Positions 18,036-26,511 of a DNA stretch of 64,000 nt are shown piece by piece. Made by a program: the position numbers and the translations under genes. A model generated the notes under the pieces. The model made no database searches. It was not told where the DNA came from and saw only the letters and a program-made list of their open reading frames with translations. This stretch comes from a virus: IMG/VR virus record IMGVR_UViG_3300042337_000070, positions 32,001 through 96,000 of that record; one strand, written 5' to 3'. Numbering within the stretch: the first letter of the stretch is position 1; each line of letters opens with the position of its first letter.

Positions 18036-19295
18036 TCAGAAAGCGATCTCTTCTCCAACAACCTTCTGCTCTTCGGTAGCAGGAGCGACAGTCGGATCGA
18101 TTGTTTCGTCAACCTTCTTATACAGTTCCATAAAAGCGTTCTTAGTATCGATATCAAAGCGATTCAGACACAGCTCAATCGACTTGGCACGATTCTGATT
18201 GAAAATGGCATATGCCTCGCAGATATGAACCAGACGACGAGTGGAGATGATTTCGGACAAAGCACCTTCATAAAAGGACTTGCGAATAACATCAGCCCAG
18301 GTCACCAGCTTATCAACAAAGTCACCAGCATCAATACCAGAAGCACCGAGAACATTCTTTAGAATCTTAGTCTCGGTCTTGACCGGCGGATACTCCTGCT
18401 CCATTGTAATAGAGAAACGCTCCAGAAAGGCTTCGTTCATAACATTGGTGCCGATGAAGCGACCGTCGTCAGAACCCTTACCCTTAGTGTTAGCGGTCGC
18501 AATGACATTGAAACCAGACTCAGGAGTAACCAGTCGATTGATCTTTTTGAGAAACACCGACTTGCCCTCAAGGACAGGCTGCAAACACATCAGCTTGTTA
18601 GAACCGAGGTCAACCTCGTCAAGCAGAAGAATTGCACCACGCTGCATAGCGATAATAACAGGACCGTCCTGCCAGACAGTATGACCATCAACAAGGCGGA
18701 AACCACCGATCAAATCGTCTTCGTCAGTCTCAATAGTAACATTGACACGAACACACTCACGCTTTTCCGCAGCGCAAACCTGTTCAATCATCATCGTCTT
18801 ACCGTTACCAGAAAGACCAGTGATATAAGCCGGATAAAACTTCTTGGACTTGATAATAGCACGAACGTCGGCAAAGTTACCGAACGGAACGTAGCCAGAA
18901 GCCTTAGAAGGAACCAGCGACACTTCACTTGAAGTAGAAGTGGAAGGAGCAGACATAGCAACGGTCGGAGCCATAGCCACTACGCTATCGACAACAGGAA
19001 TATCCGACTGAATATTCGCAGGAGCGACCTTATTGGTAGCAGTCTTCTTAGGAGCCTTGACCTTAGTGACAGCGGGTGCCATAGCAACATTAACGGCAGC
19101 ACCATGCTCGGGAATAGCATACAGACCACGACCCACACGGCGGGAAGCGTCGTTCAAGAACCAGTGAGGCCAGGACAAATTATATTTTTCGACAACACTC
19201 TTGATTTGGGCACGGGACACTTCACGGACAGCACCAAATTCAAAACGCACCTTGTCAAGGAACTCGGTGCGGTTAACGGAAGAAGACTTAGCCAT
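18036..19295 (-). CDS. cobS: CobS-like MoxR AAA+ ATPase
   Basis: GLSGNGKT Walker A, LLLDEVD Walker B, TANTKGKGSDDGRFIGTNVMNEAFLERF. Confidence 0.92.
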   Translation of the reverse strand: MAKSSSVNRTEFLDKVRFEFGAVREVSRAQIKSVVEKYNLSWPHWFLNDASRRVGRGLYAIPEHGAAVNVAMAPAVTKVKAPKKTATNKVAPANIQSDIPVVDSVVAMAPTVAMSAPSTSTSSEVSLVPSKASGYVPFGNFADVRAIIKSKKFYPAYITGLSGNGKTMMIEQVCAAEKRECVRVNVTIETDEDDLIGGFRLVDGHTVWQDGPVIIAMQRGAILLLDEVDLGSNKLMCLQPVLEGKSVFLKKINRLVTPESGFNVIATANTKGKGSDDGRFIGTNVMNEAFLERFSITMEQEYPPVKTETKILKNVLGASGIDAGDFVDKLVTWADVIRKSFYEGALSEIISTRRLVHICEAYAIFNQNRAKSIELCLNRFDIDTKNAFMELYKKVDETIDPTVAPATEEQKVVGEEIAF

Positions 19296-19331
19296 ACGAT
19301 GTTTTCCTTTCACGATTTCAAATTATGACAT

Positions 19332-19369
19332 ATTATAGCAGAGGAAACGGGGGTTGTCAAGACCCCCGT
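19332..19369 (-). promoter_or_regulatory. Sigma70 promoter whose -35 box sits inside a hairpin
   Basis: TTGACA-17bp-TATAAT; ACGGGGG...CCCCCGT inverted repeat flanks the -35 box. Confidence 0.75.
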
Positions 19370-19384
19370 AACCTATTGTTTTTT

Positions 19385-21616
19385 CTACGCTACCTTCTTT
19401 GCTTTCCCAGTGACGTGGTCAATGAAATTGCGAAGAAGGACACGGTTGACAGCCTTTCTAGCGGCGAACTTGGAGAACGCTTTGGCCATATGCTTGGTAG
19501 ACTTGTTGGTATCGATTTCCAGATTATTATCTTCGAATCTAAGAGCCCTAGAATCGATCACATAATAATCATCGTATCCTTCACTCTTGACAGGATAGAA
19601 CTTGTTCTCCTTCCAGAACTTGGAGACCTTCTGGAGATAATCATAGTTGCCTTCAACACCAAAACGACGGGTGAAAGTTCCCCAAGATTCAGCGAAAAGA
19701 AAGAAACCGATTAGATTACAGTTCGTCTTCTCCTTGAGCAAACGAAGATACTGGACAGTGTTGGTAGCACGATTAGACGGACCCCAACCACGAGGATCGA
19801 TCTCATAAGTTTTACCAGTCTCCTTGTCATTGTAATAAAACTGCTTTTTACGAAGCGAATTTTTCGTCGTATCATGCACAAGACCAGAACAAACATTCGA
19901 CTCACCGTCAGTGAGAATAATGGTATTGACAACCTCCAGCTTATACTTTGCACGGAAATCATTGATGATCTTAGGTGCAACATAAATTGCCTCATTCAAA
20001 GGCGTGCCAGAGAGACCTTCACAGTTGAGACGATGACCATTACCCATAGCCCAGAGAAAAGCCATAGCGTCATTCAATTCAGTAAGATTCATCTTAGATG
20101 AAAGGAACTGACGCATAGTGAGATAACCAAATGCCATGCTATTTTCGACACTGCTGTGATCCCACGGAGACTTAGGATCATAATCATCGTCGGAATCCTT
20201 GAACGCATACACTTCAAACGGCACTTGAATCTGCTTGCAGAAGAGAACCAGAGTAAAGAGCTGCGACATGGTGTGTCGAAGATTATAGTCCATTGATCCT
20301 GACCAATCAAGAAACATGACAAAGCCATGGTTCTTACCCTCAGGGATAACAGACAGACGACGGAAGATATCATCGCTGTGCTTATAAGCATGGAGTTTGT
20401 TGGTATCGATCATACCAGTCTTAGCAGTTTGAATGCGAGAATAAATCTCGGCACTCTTACGCTGCTCAAACTCCTTGACGAGGAAAGAGATAGTCTCCTT
20501 TTCTTTCTGACGCCATTCGGTAAACTCACGACGGGCGTTTTCGAAAACCTCAACAGTCAGGCTGCGACTATAACGAGGATTAACATTCGTTATTTCTTTA
20601 CGCCAGTCATTCAGGACTCTTTTATAATCATGGACATGCTTGGCATAATTGAACTGAGGCATATTGACATAAACATAATCAACATTGGCATTCTGCACCA
20701 GTTCTTCACGCTTTTCTTCCCAAGCACGATCGGTCTGTGACTCGGGAACATTGTCCGTTACCTTACCCTGGGCACCAGCGCCAGAGCCAGACGAATTACC
20801 ATTTGAACCAAGATCACCCTGACCACGGGTTACACCACCCTCCGAATCGTCGTCGTTACCCTCGCCTTCACCCTCATCGGAGTCGGACTTGGAACCTTCA
20901 TTAGAATCGAAATCATCGGCAGAGTCGCCATCGCTATCCCAATCAAAACCATCATCACCTTCACCCTCCTCAGAATCACCGACACCAATATCGATATGCA
21001 TATCATTTTCAATCTGAGACTTGCAGAAACGATAAATCTGTTCGACAACATCGACAGTTTCATCGAACTTTTCAAGATTCTCAACCTTTTTGAGAAAGGA
21101 CCGCTCTTCGGGAGTAAACTCAATAGATAGATTGACATTACCGCCCTTGAAATAGATATTCAAGCGGTCGATGAAATTCATCGAATTGATATCACGACCC
21201 TTCGTGCCGAAAAAGTCACGTTCAATCAATTCCTGATAACCAAGAAGATAGTTTTTACGAAGACCAGGATAACGGCGCTTCTGGCGCTTATCGATACGGG
21301 CATCTTCGATAACATTCAAAAAGCCAGCGACGGTTCGCATAAGACGAGAATCAACATCGTCACCAAAGATACGCTTCGCAATACCCTGATAAGCAGTCTT
21401 ATACTCTTCGGCAGAAGGAGTATCGATAGCATGACCAGTCTCATGACCGATAAGCAAATGCTCCAGATCAGTAGAGATGTTCTGCCATACGGGAAGCATG
21501 AGAACACGATTCTTTAGGTCGAACATAGCGGTCTTGATACCAGACTGGTGCTGAACCGTAATGTTTTCAGTAGCAAGCAGTTTAGCAAGCAGAGAATTAG
21601 AGTTTACCGTTTGCAT
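19385..21616 (-). CDS. CobT-like protein: N-terminal zincin (HETGH), acidic linker, vWA domain
   Basis: LAKLLATENITV, GHETGH, EDARI, DWSGSM MIDAS, LTDGE. Confidence 0.85.
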   Translation of the reverse strand: MQTVNSNSLLAKLLATENITVQHQSGIKTAMFDLKNRVLMLPVWQNISTDLEHLLIGHETGHAIDTPSAEEYKTAYQGIAKRIFGDDVDSRLMRTVAGFLNVIEDARIDKRQKRRYPGLRKNYLLGYQELIERDFFGTKGRDINSMNFIDRLNIYFKGGNVNLSIEFTPEERSFLKKVENLEKFDETVDVVEQIYRFCKSQIENDMHIDIGVGDSEEGEGDDGFDWDSDGDSADDFDSNEGSKSDSDEGEGEGNDDDSEGGVTRGQGDLGSNGNSSGSGAGAQGKVTDNVPESQTDRAWEEKREELVQNANVDYVYVNMPQFNYAKHVHDYKRVLNDWRKEITNVNPRYSRSLTVEVFENARREFTEWRQKEKETISFLVKEFEQRKSAEIYSRIQTAKTGMIDTNKLHAYKHSDDIFRRLSVIPEGKNHGFVMFLDWSGSMDYNLRHTMSQLFTLVLFCKQIQVPFEVYAFKDSDDDYDPKSPWDHSSVENSMAFGYLTMRQFLSSKMNLTELNDAMAFLWAMGNGHRLNCEGLSGTPLNEAIYVAPKIINDFRAKYKLEVVNTIILTDGESNVCSGLVHDTTKNSLRKKQFYYNDKETGKTYEIDPRGWGPSNRATNTVQYLRLLKEKTNCNLIGFFLFAESWGTFTRRFGVEGNYDYLQKVSKFWKENKFYPVKSEGYDDYYVIDSRALRFEDNNLEIDTNKSTKHMAKAFSKFAARKAVNRVLLRNFIDHVTGKAKKVA

Positions 21617-21647
21617 ATGTTTACCTTTGTTTCACGAGTATGTAAAG

Positions 21648-21676
21648 ATTATAAGGGAAAGATTTAGGAATTGCAA
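21648..21676 (-). promoter_or_regulatory. Sigma70-type promoter for the cobT-like gene
   Basis: TTGCAA-17bp-TATAAT. Confidence 0.7.
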
Positions 21677-21678
21677 GC

Positions 21679-21706
21679 AAAAAAAGAGGGGTAGTTAACC
21701 CCTCTT
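21679..21706 (-). terminator. Intrinsic terminator
   Basis: AAGAGGGG-TTAACTA-CCCCTC followed by T7. Confidence 0.8.
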
Positions 21707-21718
21707 GAAATCAAGAAG

Positions 21719-21961
21719 TTACTGTTTAGTAGCAAGGAGAGACTTGTTCTTTTCAAGAAAAGACTTAATCTTTTCCGCTTCCGAGAGAATCTGTTCCCAC
21801 TGGGAACCATAAAGAGTCACAGGAAAGCGACCCATACCATAGAGAGATACAGCACCCTTCTGGGAGACCTTAAGAGTAAGAGGCTTCTTGGACTTGGCCT
21901 TAGTGACTTCGGCCTCAAGCTCAGCAATACGGGCGAGGAGGGCAGCATTCGTATCCGACAT
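21719..21961 (-). CDS. Conserved small hypothetical protein (coiled coil + KVSQKGAVSLYGMGRFPVTLY domain)
   Basis: Good SD (AAAGGA), own promoter and terminator. Confidence 0.8.
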   Translation of the reverse strand: MSDTNAALLARIAELEAEVTKAKSKKPLTLKVSQKGAVSLYGMGRFPVTLYGSQWEQILSEAEKIKSFLEKNKSLLATKQ

Positions 21962-21994
21962 TTGAGTTCCTTTCGTTTCAGCGACTATGGAAAG

Positions 21995-22023
21995 AGTATA
22001 GCGCAGGTGGAACGAAATGTCTT
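21995..22023 (-). promoter_or_regulatory. Promoter with weak -35 box
   Basis: AAGACA-17bp-TATACT, with GC immediately before the -10. Confidence 0.55.
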
Positions 22024-22027
22024 TGAC

Positions 22028-22162
22028 TTAAATCAAATCCTTGTCGTTTTTTGGTGCGACAACATGTCGCAGCCTGAGATCCTTAGTAGTCCAATAGTAT
22101 AGTGAAGCAAGTGTCCAGACTACACTGAAAACCGCAAGAGAAATCCAAGTAGCCTCAAACAT
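22028..22162 (-). CDS. Small hypothetical membrane protein (44 aa)
   Basis: Manual translation MFEATWISLAVFSVVWTLASLYYWTTKDLRLRHVVAPKNDKDLI. Confidence 0.4.
   Translation of the reverse strand: MFEATWISLAVFSVVWTLASLYYWTTKDLRLRHVVAPKNDKDLI
22055..22071. promoter_or_regulatory. Palindromic operator TGCGACA-ACA-TGTCGCA (RegR/PrrA/ActR-box-like)
   Basis: Perfect 7-3-7 palindrome matching GCG(G/A)C-N5-GTCGC, about 75 bp upstream of the predicted start site. Confidence 0.5.
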
Positions 22163-22206
22163 ATAATAATAGTCCCAAAGTTTATTGAAATTGAAATACT
22201 GCACTT

Positions 22207-23829
22207 TTACTTAACCTTTCTGAAAACGAAAACCGGTTCATATTTGAGCATGATCTTTTTACCATTATTCTCAATCTGACAAAAGTTTTTCATTTTACCT
22301 TCTAGGATTGTTTCTCTCTCTTCCTCACCGGTTAGTGGGTTGATTGTAACTGTCTCGCCTGTTTCGACCATTCGATTACCACCAGGCATCTGAGCAAGTG
22401 CCATCTTTAGAGTTGTAACATACTCCATACCTAGTTCTTTTAAAATGTTACAAGAATCTTCTTCTAGAGGCAGAAGATTGTTATCAAATGCAGCATCAGC
22501 AATATTCCAGAGAAGATAACGATCCTTTCTCAAATATCTAACGGCAGTCTCTAGAGTAGGTCTTAGAAATCCATCAACCCAATCTGCATACTGAGAAAAC
22601 TTATGACAAGATTGTTCGGGATCATCAGAGTAAACTTCCTTAGCAAAATAAGGAGGTGAGGTAAACACTAGATCGAGTTTACCTTCATATTTCTGAAATC
22701 CTGGTTGAAACTGTGCCATTTCAGATCCACACTGAAAAATTTCATATGTGTGTGACTTCGGGAACAGACTTCCAGATTCTCTAACCTGTTCATTGAAGAA
22801 ATCGGCCACTTCATGATATTTGGTTCGACCCGAATGGGTGTTATGATCGGTGTTAGGATCTGTACCTATGTAATGTATGTTGCGTTTATCATCCACTGAC
22901 ATAGCACCAACGATGCGGCCTGCCCATCCTGAGGAAGGATCCCATATATTGATCTGGTCCTGATCCCTGATGTGATCGGTAAAACGCTCATAAAGATAAC
23001 GAGCGGTGAGAGGTGGAAAGTTGACCGCATACTGACAGAAGGACACACGGAATGATTTGAGACCCATAGGGAACACTTTCTGTCCACGCTTAAAGAGCCG
23101 AATGTTGTATTTCATCGATCTATTAGGATTGACATTTGTGATGGTTCTTTCTGCTTGCTTGATAGCAAAGGTGTAGTCAACAATAACGTTCTGTTTTTTA
23201 CCCAAGGTGGCAGAGTACCCAGTGTATTGCTTGTCCTCTTTGACAGGACAAAACCAATAGTCCCACTCATCAGATTTCAATTCTTCCATTTTAGCAACAA
23301 ACTGTTCGGATGATTCGACAGAGAATGTTGAGTTACCAATCTTAACAACATCTCCGAATGAGATTGGTGTTGAGTGATGATAGAATGAGTCTCTTTTGAA
23401 ATGCCTTGAAGCATATGTAATAAAGGTTTCTAGATATGCGTCATCGGCGAAATAGTCATAGATCGACTTAGACTTACCCTTTGTCGAATATGAAATGCCT
23501 GTCTTCATCATGGTCGGGAACCACTGATTGACAGCATTACCTACTATAGAGGTATTACGAATAACATCTTTCTCACCCGTGCGAAGATCGACTGTCTCAA
23601 ACTCATGCACAGGGAAGCCAACCATCTTTTGAAAGTTATCAATGATACCTTCTTTATTAAATCCTACTCTTGGAGGAATGCCTTTGTTATCCCATAGATT
23701 GACTACGGTTTTTCGTAGGTCGATCACCCATTGACGAAATTCAACCTCATTCATCCATAACAGTTCCTCAAATGTCTTATTGACATGCGAGTTTAGGAGT
23801 TCATCGTTTCTTTCATAGAACCATTGCAT
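22207..23829 (-). CDS. Large SAM-dependent amino-methyltransferase (N4-C/N6-A type)
   Basis: WDPSSGWAGR SAM-binding motif, YIGTDPN, DLVFTSPPYF catalytic motif. Confidence 0.85.
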   Translation of the reverse strand: MQWFYERNDELLNSHVNKTFEELLWMNEVEFRQWVIDLRKTVVNLWDNKGIPPRVGFNKEGIIDNFQKMVGFPVHEFETVDLRTGEKDVIRNTSIVGNAVNQWFPTMMKTGISYSTKGKSKSIYDYFADDAYLETFITYASRHFKRDSFYHHSTPISFGDVVKIGNSTFSVESSEQFVAKMEELKSDEWDYWFCPVKEDKQYTGYSATLGKKQNVIVDYTFAIKQAERTITNVNPNRSMKYNIRLFKRGQKVFPMGLKSFRVSFCQYAVNFPPLTARYLYERFTDHIRDQDQINIWDPSSGWAGRIVGAMSVDDKRNIHYIGTDPNTDHNTHSGRTKYHEVADFFNEQVRESGSLFPKSHTYEIFQCGSEMAQFQPGFQKYEGKLDLVFTSPPYFAKEVYSDDPEQSCHKFSQYADWVDGFLRPTLETAVRYLRKDRYLLWNIADAAFDNNLLPLEEDSCNILKELGMEYVTTLKMALAQMPGGNRMVETGETVTINPLTGEEERETILEGKMKNFCQIENNGKKIMLKYEPVFVFRKVK

Positions 23830-24799
23830 TCAACATTCCTTCAAACTGTTCGTAATACTGATTAGGTGTTTTGATACGTTCAAACAATTTTTCTTTAACA
23901 GCATCAAACTTAGAGTTACTACTATCATACTTCAATTCATTAAATTTGTCAACATATTCTTGATACGATCCTATCCGTTGCCAATTACTGGCAACGAAGT
24001 TATCAGAAGAGTCATAATCTTGCCAGACAAACGGATAAACACCACATGATACCGCTTCAATATACCTAGCCGTTGTTGCTTTGTTGTCCATCCAGTTAAA
24101 GCAAAGAGTCGATTTAGCGGATAGTAGATAAGGAATAAGATCAATCATCTTCATCCACTTCTCATCTCTCTTAAAACCGTGAAAGCGTCCAATGAAAATG
24201 GCATTCATATTATTCTTATAAATCTCTTTTAGAATAGTGTGTCGTTGGTCACCTGATAGTTTACCATCAACGGTCTTACGCTTGTCTGATCCCCAATAGA
24301 TAAAGTCAACGAAACGGTCAGTCTCAAACAACCGTGTCTGATCCTTGATAAAGTGATACTTCATACCGTGAATGTTGCCGTCAAAGTCACATTCATCAAT
24401 CGTTTGATATGAGATATCGAGTCCAGGAAACACTTTTGTGCGATACAGTTCCTCATCATCTCGTCTATCGGAACGTAGAATGATAACTTTTTTACCATTT
24501 ATGAAAGGCTTGATCAGGTCTAAATGTTCATTTGATCTTTTAAGATCAAGTGTATGAATTGCCCCAGGGATCCAATATGTAAACTCTGCCTCAGAAGGAA
24601 TGATGATAATGTCCGCATTCTTGATAGCATCTATATCACGCTTGGGTTTCATGTTAAAACCAAAGTTGTAGTAATACCATTCATGCTCAGAATGCCTATT
24701 AACATACATTCTAAGCAATTCGAAGAACGAATCCATAATGTGGTGTAAAGGTTCGACATAGTTTGCCGAACTTCGAAGTCGAGCTATACAAATCTTCAT
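23813..24799 (-). CDS. T4 beta-glucosyltransferase-like DNA glycosyltransferase (GT-B)
   Basis: MKICIA start; DFIYWGS...SGDQR, TARYIEAV...VWQDYD and QEYVDKFNELK align by eye with BGT DVIYGGS..SGQR, TLRVWETM...IDEEFD and AELIDRVNELK. Confidence 0.6.
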   Translation of the reverse strand: MKICIARLRSSANYVEPLHHIMDSFFELLRMYVNRHSEHEWYYYNFGFNMKPKRDIDAIKNADIIIIPSEAEFTYWIPGAIHTLDLKRSNEHLDLIKPFINGKKVIILRSDRRDDEELYRTKVFPGLDISYQTIDECDFDGNIHGMKYHFIKDQTRLFETDRFVDFIYWGSDKRKTVDGKLSGDQRHTILKEIYKNNMNAIFIGRFHGFKRDEKWMKMIDLIPYLLSAKSTLCFNWMDNKATTARYIEAVSCGVYPFVWQDYDSSDNFVASNWQRIGSYQEYVDKFNELKYDSSNSKFDAVKEKLFERIKTPNQYYEQFEGMLNAMVL

Positions 24800-25602
24800 C
24801 CTGCTACATTCCATACTAAACACGGGTCTTTTCGGGAGTGTCCTCCGTGATATTCTTTCATCACATGCCACACTTTTGCGTCATAGGTAGGTGCAGAAGG
24901 GTATGGCGTCACATGTTCTTTCTTCACTGGCTTATCAAACTTGTAAGGCGAACGGTGATAGATTGCTCGCCCAATTTCTCTGGGTGTCATTGTATGACCT
25001 ACAGAGACGACATGAACCTCTGCATCAGGCCAGGCTAGCTGCAATGCTCTTGTGAGAGTGCCGCTTGATCCTACGGACCATACTTCTCGGGGAGAAATGG
25101 GTAGAGAACGAGCAACACGAATGAGACAAGCAATAGAAGTAGGATGTTCAACACCAATCGGCAAGAGGGATCTTGTGTCAGGTGATTCTGCAACATAGTC
25201 TTTTGCACGCTTTTGGGTAACAGGAAGCATTCCATTAGGTACCCAATGATAAGTTGCTCCAAGTTCAATGCCTCGTTGTTGGTATTCATGCAGTTTATCC
25301 ATTGATCTTTCTGCCATGAAGATCACGGCTTTTTTGTTATAGCGATTACAAATAAAGGGGAGAGAGATTTGTGCATATCCGGTAGCAGGTGATGATCCAT
25401 ACACCCACTCTTGTATGTTTGCATACTCAGGTGCATGACCAATCAGATAGTCACCTGCTCTTGCTTTAGACCCAACAGAAAGAAGGTCATCCCGAACAAC
25501 GTGATAACCTTCATGCTCTGTTATTACTGGTGGGGGATTGGGGTCAACCCAATTGCCGATAAGGCTTAGATAGTCTTCTGCTGTTTCATTGAATAATGTC
25601 AT
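24796..25602 (-). CDS. PLP-dependent enzyme (fold type II, ACC deaminase/Trp synthase beta-like)
   Basis: VVRDDL...GSKAR Schiff-base Lys, SVGSSGTL phosphate loop, TYDAK, LVWNVA. Confidence 0.82.
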   Translation of the reverse strand: MTLFNETAEDYLSLIGNWVDPNPPPVITEHEGYHVVRDDLLSVGSKARAGDYLIGHAPEYANIQEWVYGSSPATGYAQISLPFICNRYNKKAVIFMAERSMDKLHEYQQRGIELGATYHWVPNGMLPVTQKRAKDYVAESPDTRSLLPIGVEHPTSIACLIRVARSLPISPREVWSVGSSGTLTRALQLAWPDAEVHVVSVGHTMTPREIGRAIYHRSPYKFDKPVKKEHVTPYPSAPTYDAKVWHVMKEYHGGHSRKDPCLVWNVAG

Positions 25603-25775
25603 TTCCACCGTTCTTTAATTTCATTAACACGATCAACCATAAAGGATTCTAGAATCTCACGGACGTTATCATATTTAGGATTCGTTTTAACGTTATGCAA
25701 ATCTAGAGTGTATGCTGTCAGGATAATCTGTTCATGTGAATAATGATGCGTCTTGTGTGGATTAGTTTTTTCCAT
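25599..25775 (-). CDS. Hypothetical protein (58 aa)
   Basis: Manual translation MEKTNPHKTHHYSHEQIILTAYTLDLHN...KERWK; ATGA overlap with the PLP gene. Confidence 0.55.
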   Translation of the reverse strand: MEKTNPHKTHHYSHEQIILTAYTLDLHNVKTNPKYDNVREILESFMVDRVNEIKERWK

Positions 25776-25872
25776 ACTGCTTTCTCCAGAGATAATTGTT
25801 AAGGTATACGACTACTCCCACAATACCATCAACAAATCTACTATTCCAAAACCAGTGGTTATATCTTGTCAT
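25762..25872 (-). CDS. Hypothetical peptide (36 aa)
   Basis: MTRYNHWFWNSRFVDGIVGVVVYLNNYLWRKQYGKN; SD AGGAG; fills the gap. Confidence 0.4.
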   Translation of the reverse strand: MTRYNHWFWNSRFVDGIVGVVVYLNNYLWRKQYGKN

Positions 25873-25873
25873 G

Positions 25874-26137
25874 TTACACTCCTGCTAATGTTTTGCTAAT
25901 CATACCAACAAGGTATATCATAACAACAACAACCTGAACTGTGATGATTGACCACTTTCTCCACATAAGAGCAACGACCAACCATCCCAGATTACCGATT
26001 ATAGACACATACACATTTAGTGGATGCACATTCCATGCGGTTAGTGCTACACCTACTATCAATACTGTGGTAGATGCCCATTCAATATAAAATTCAACTT
26101 GCTTCGTCACTTTCGTTTCCCATCTGATATAAACCAT
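25874..26137 (-). CDS. Small three-TM membrane protein (half-PnuC-like)
   Basis: EW...IVGVAL...PLNVYVSIIGNLGW pattern. Confidence 0.6.
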   Translation of the reverse strand: MVYIRWETKVTKQVEFYIEWASTTVLIVGVALTAWNVHPLNVYVSIIGNLGWLVVALMWRKWSIITVQVVVVMIYLVGMISKTLAGV

Positions 26138-26181
26138 TCCAAAGAATGTCTAGGTTATAGACGAAGTAACCAAAAGGAGTA

Positions 26182-26475
26182 TTAAGTATTGTCATCATCA
26201 TTGTCCTCCATCATTTTTCTAAAGTCAAAGTTAGGATCGAGTCCAATATCTGATAGACGATCTAGCATGTTATTTATGTTGAAATCGATAATGGCTTCAC
26301 GAATCATGGAGTTGACTCTCTGACCACTTACCAGATCAAACTCTACCATAATCTCGCTGGTGCAAGCCAAACGCTCCATAATTCCTTTTGCGCTCGGTGC
26401 CCAAACAAAAGGAATCTCACCACTATCCATCATTCGCTCCGCTCTAGCCATTGCTCGGATGATTTCTCTATTCAT
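26182..26475 (-). CDS. Hypothetical protein
   Basis: SD AGGAG; upstream TTGACA-17bp-TATACT promoter at 26501-26529. Confidence 0.7.
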   Translation of the reverse strand: MNREIIRAMARAERMMDSGEIPFVWAPSAKGIMERLACTSEIMVEFDLVSGQRVNSMIREAIIDFNINNMLDRLSDIGLDPNFDFRKMMEDNDDDNT

Positions 26476-26511
26476 TTGTTTTCTCCTATTAACGGTGACC
26501 AGTATAGAGCA

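Noticed and set aside
18036-19295. Cobalamin-biosynthesis auxiliary metabolic gene
   Set aside because: The phage CobS-like family is a MoxR AAA ATPase; no cobN or other B12 genes are present
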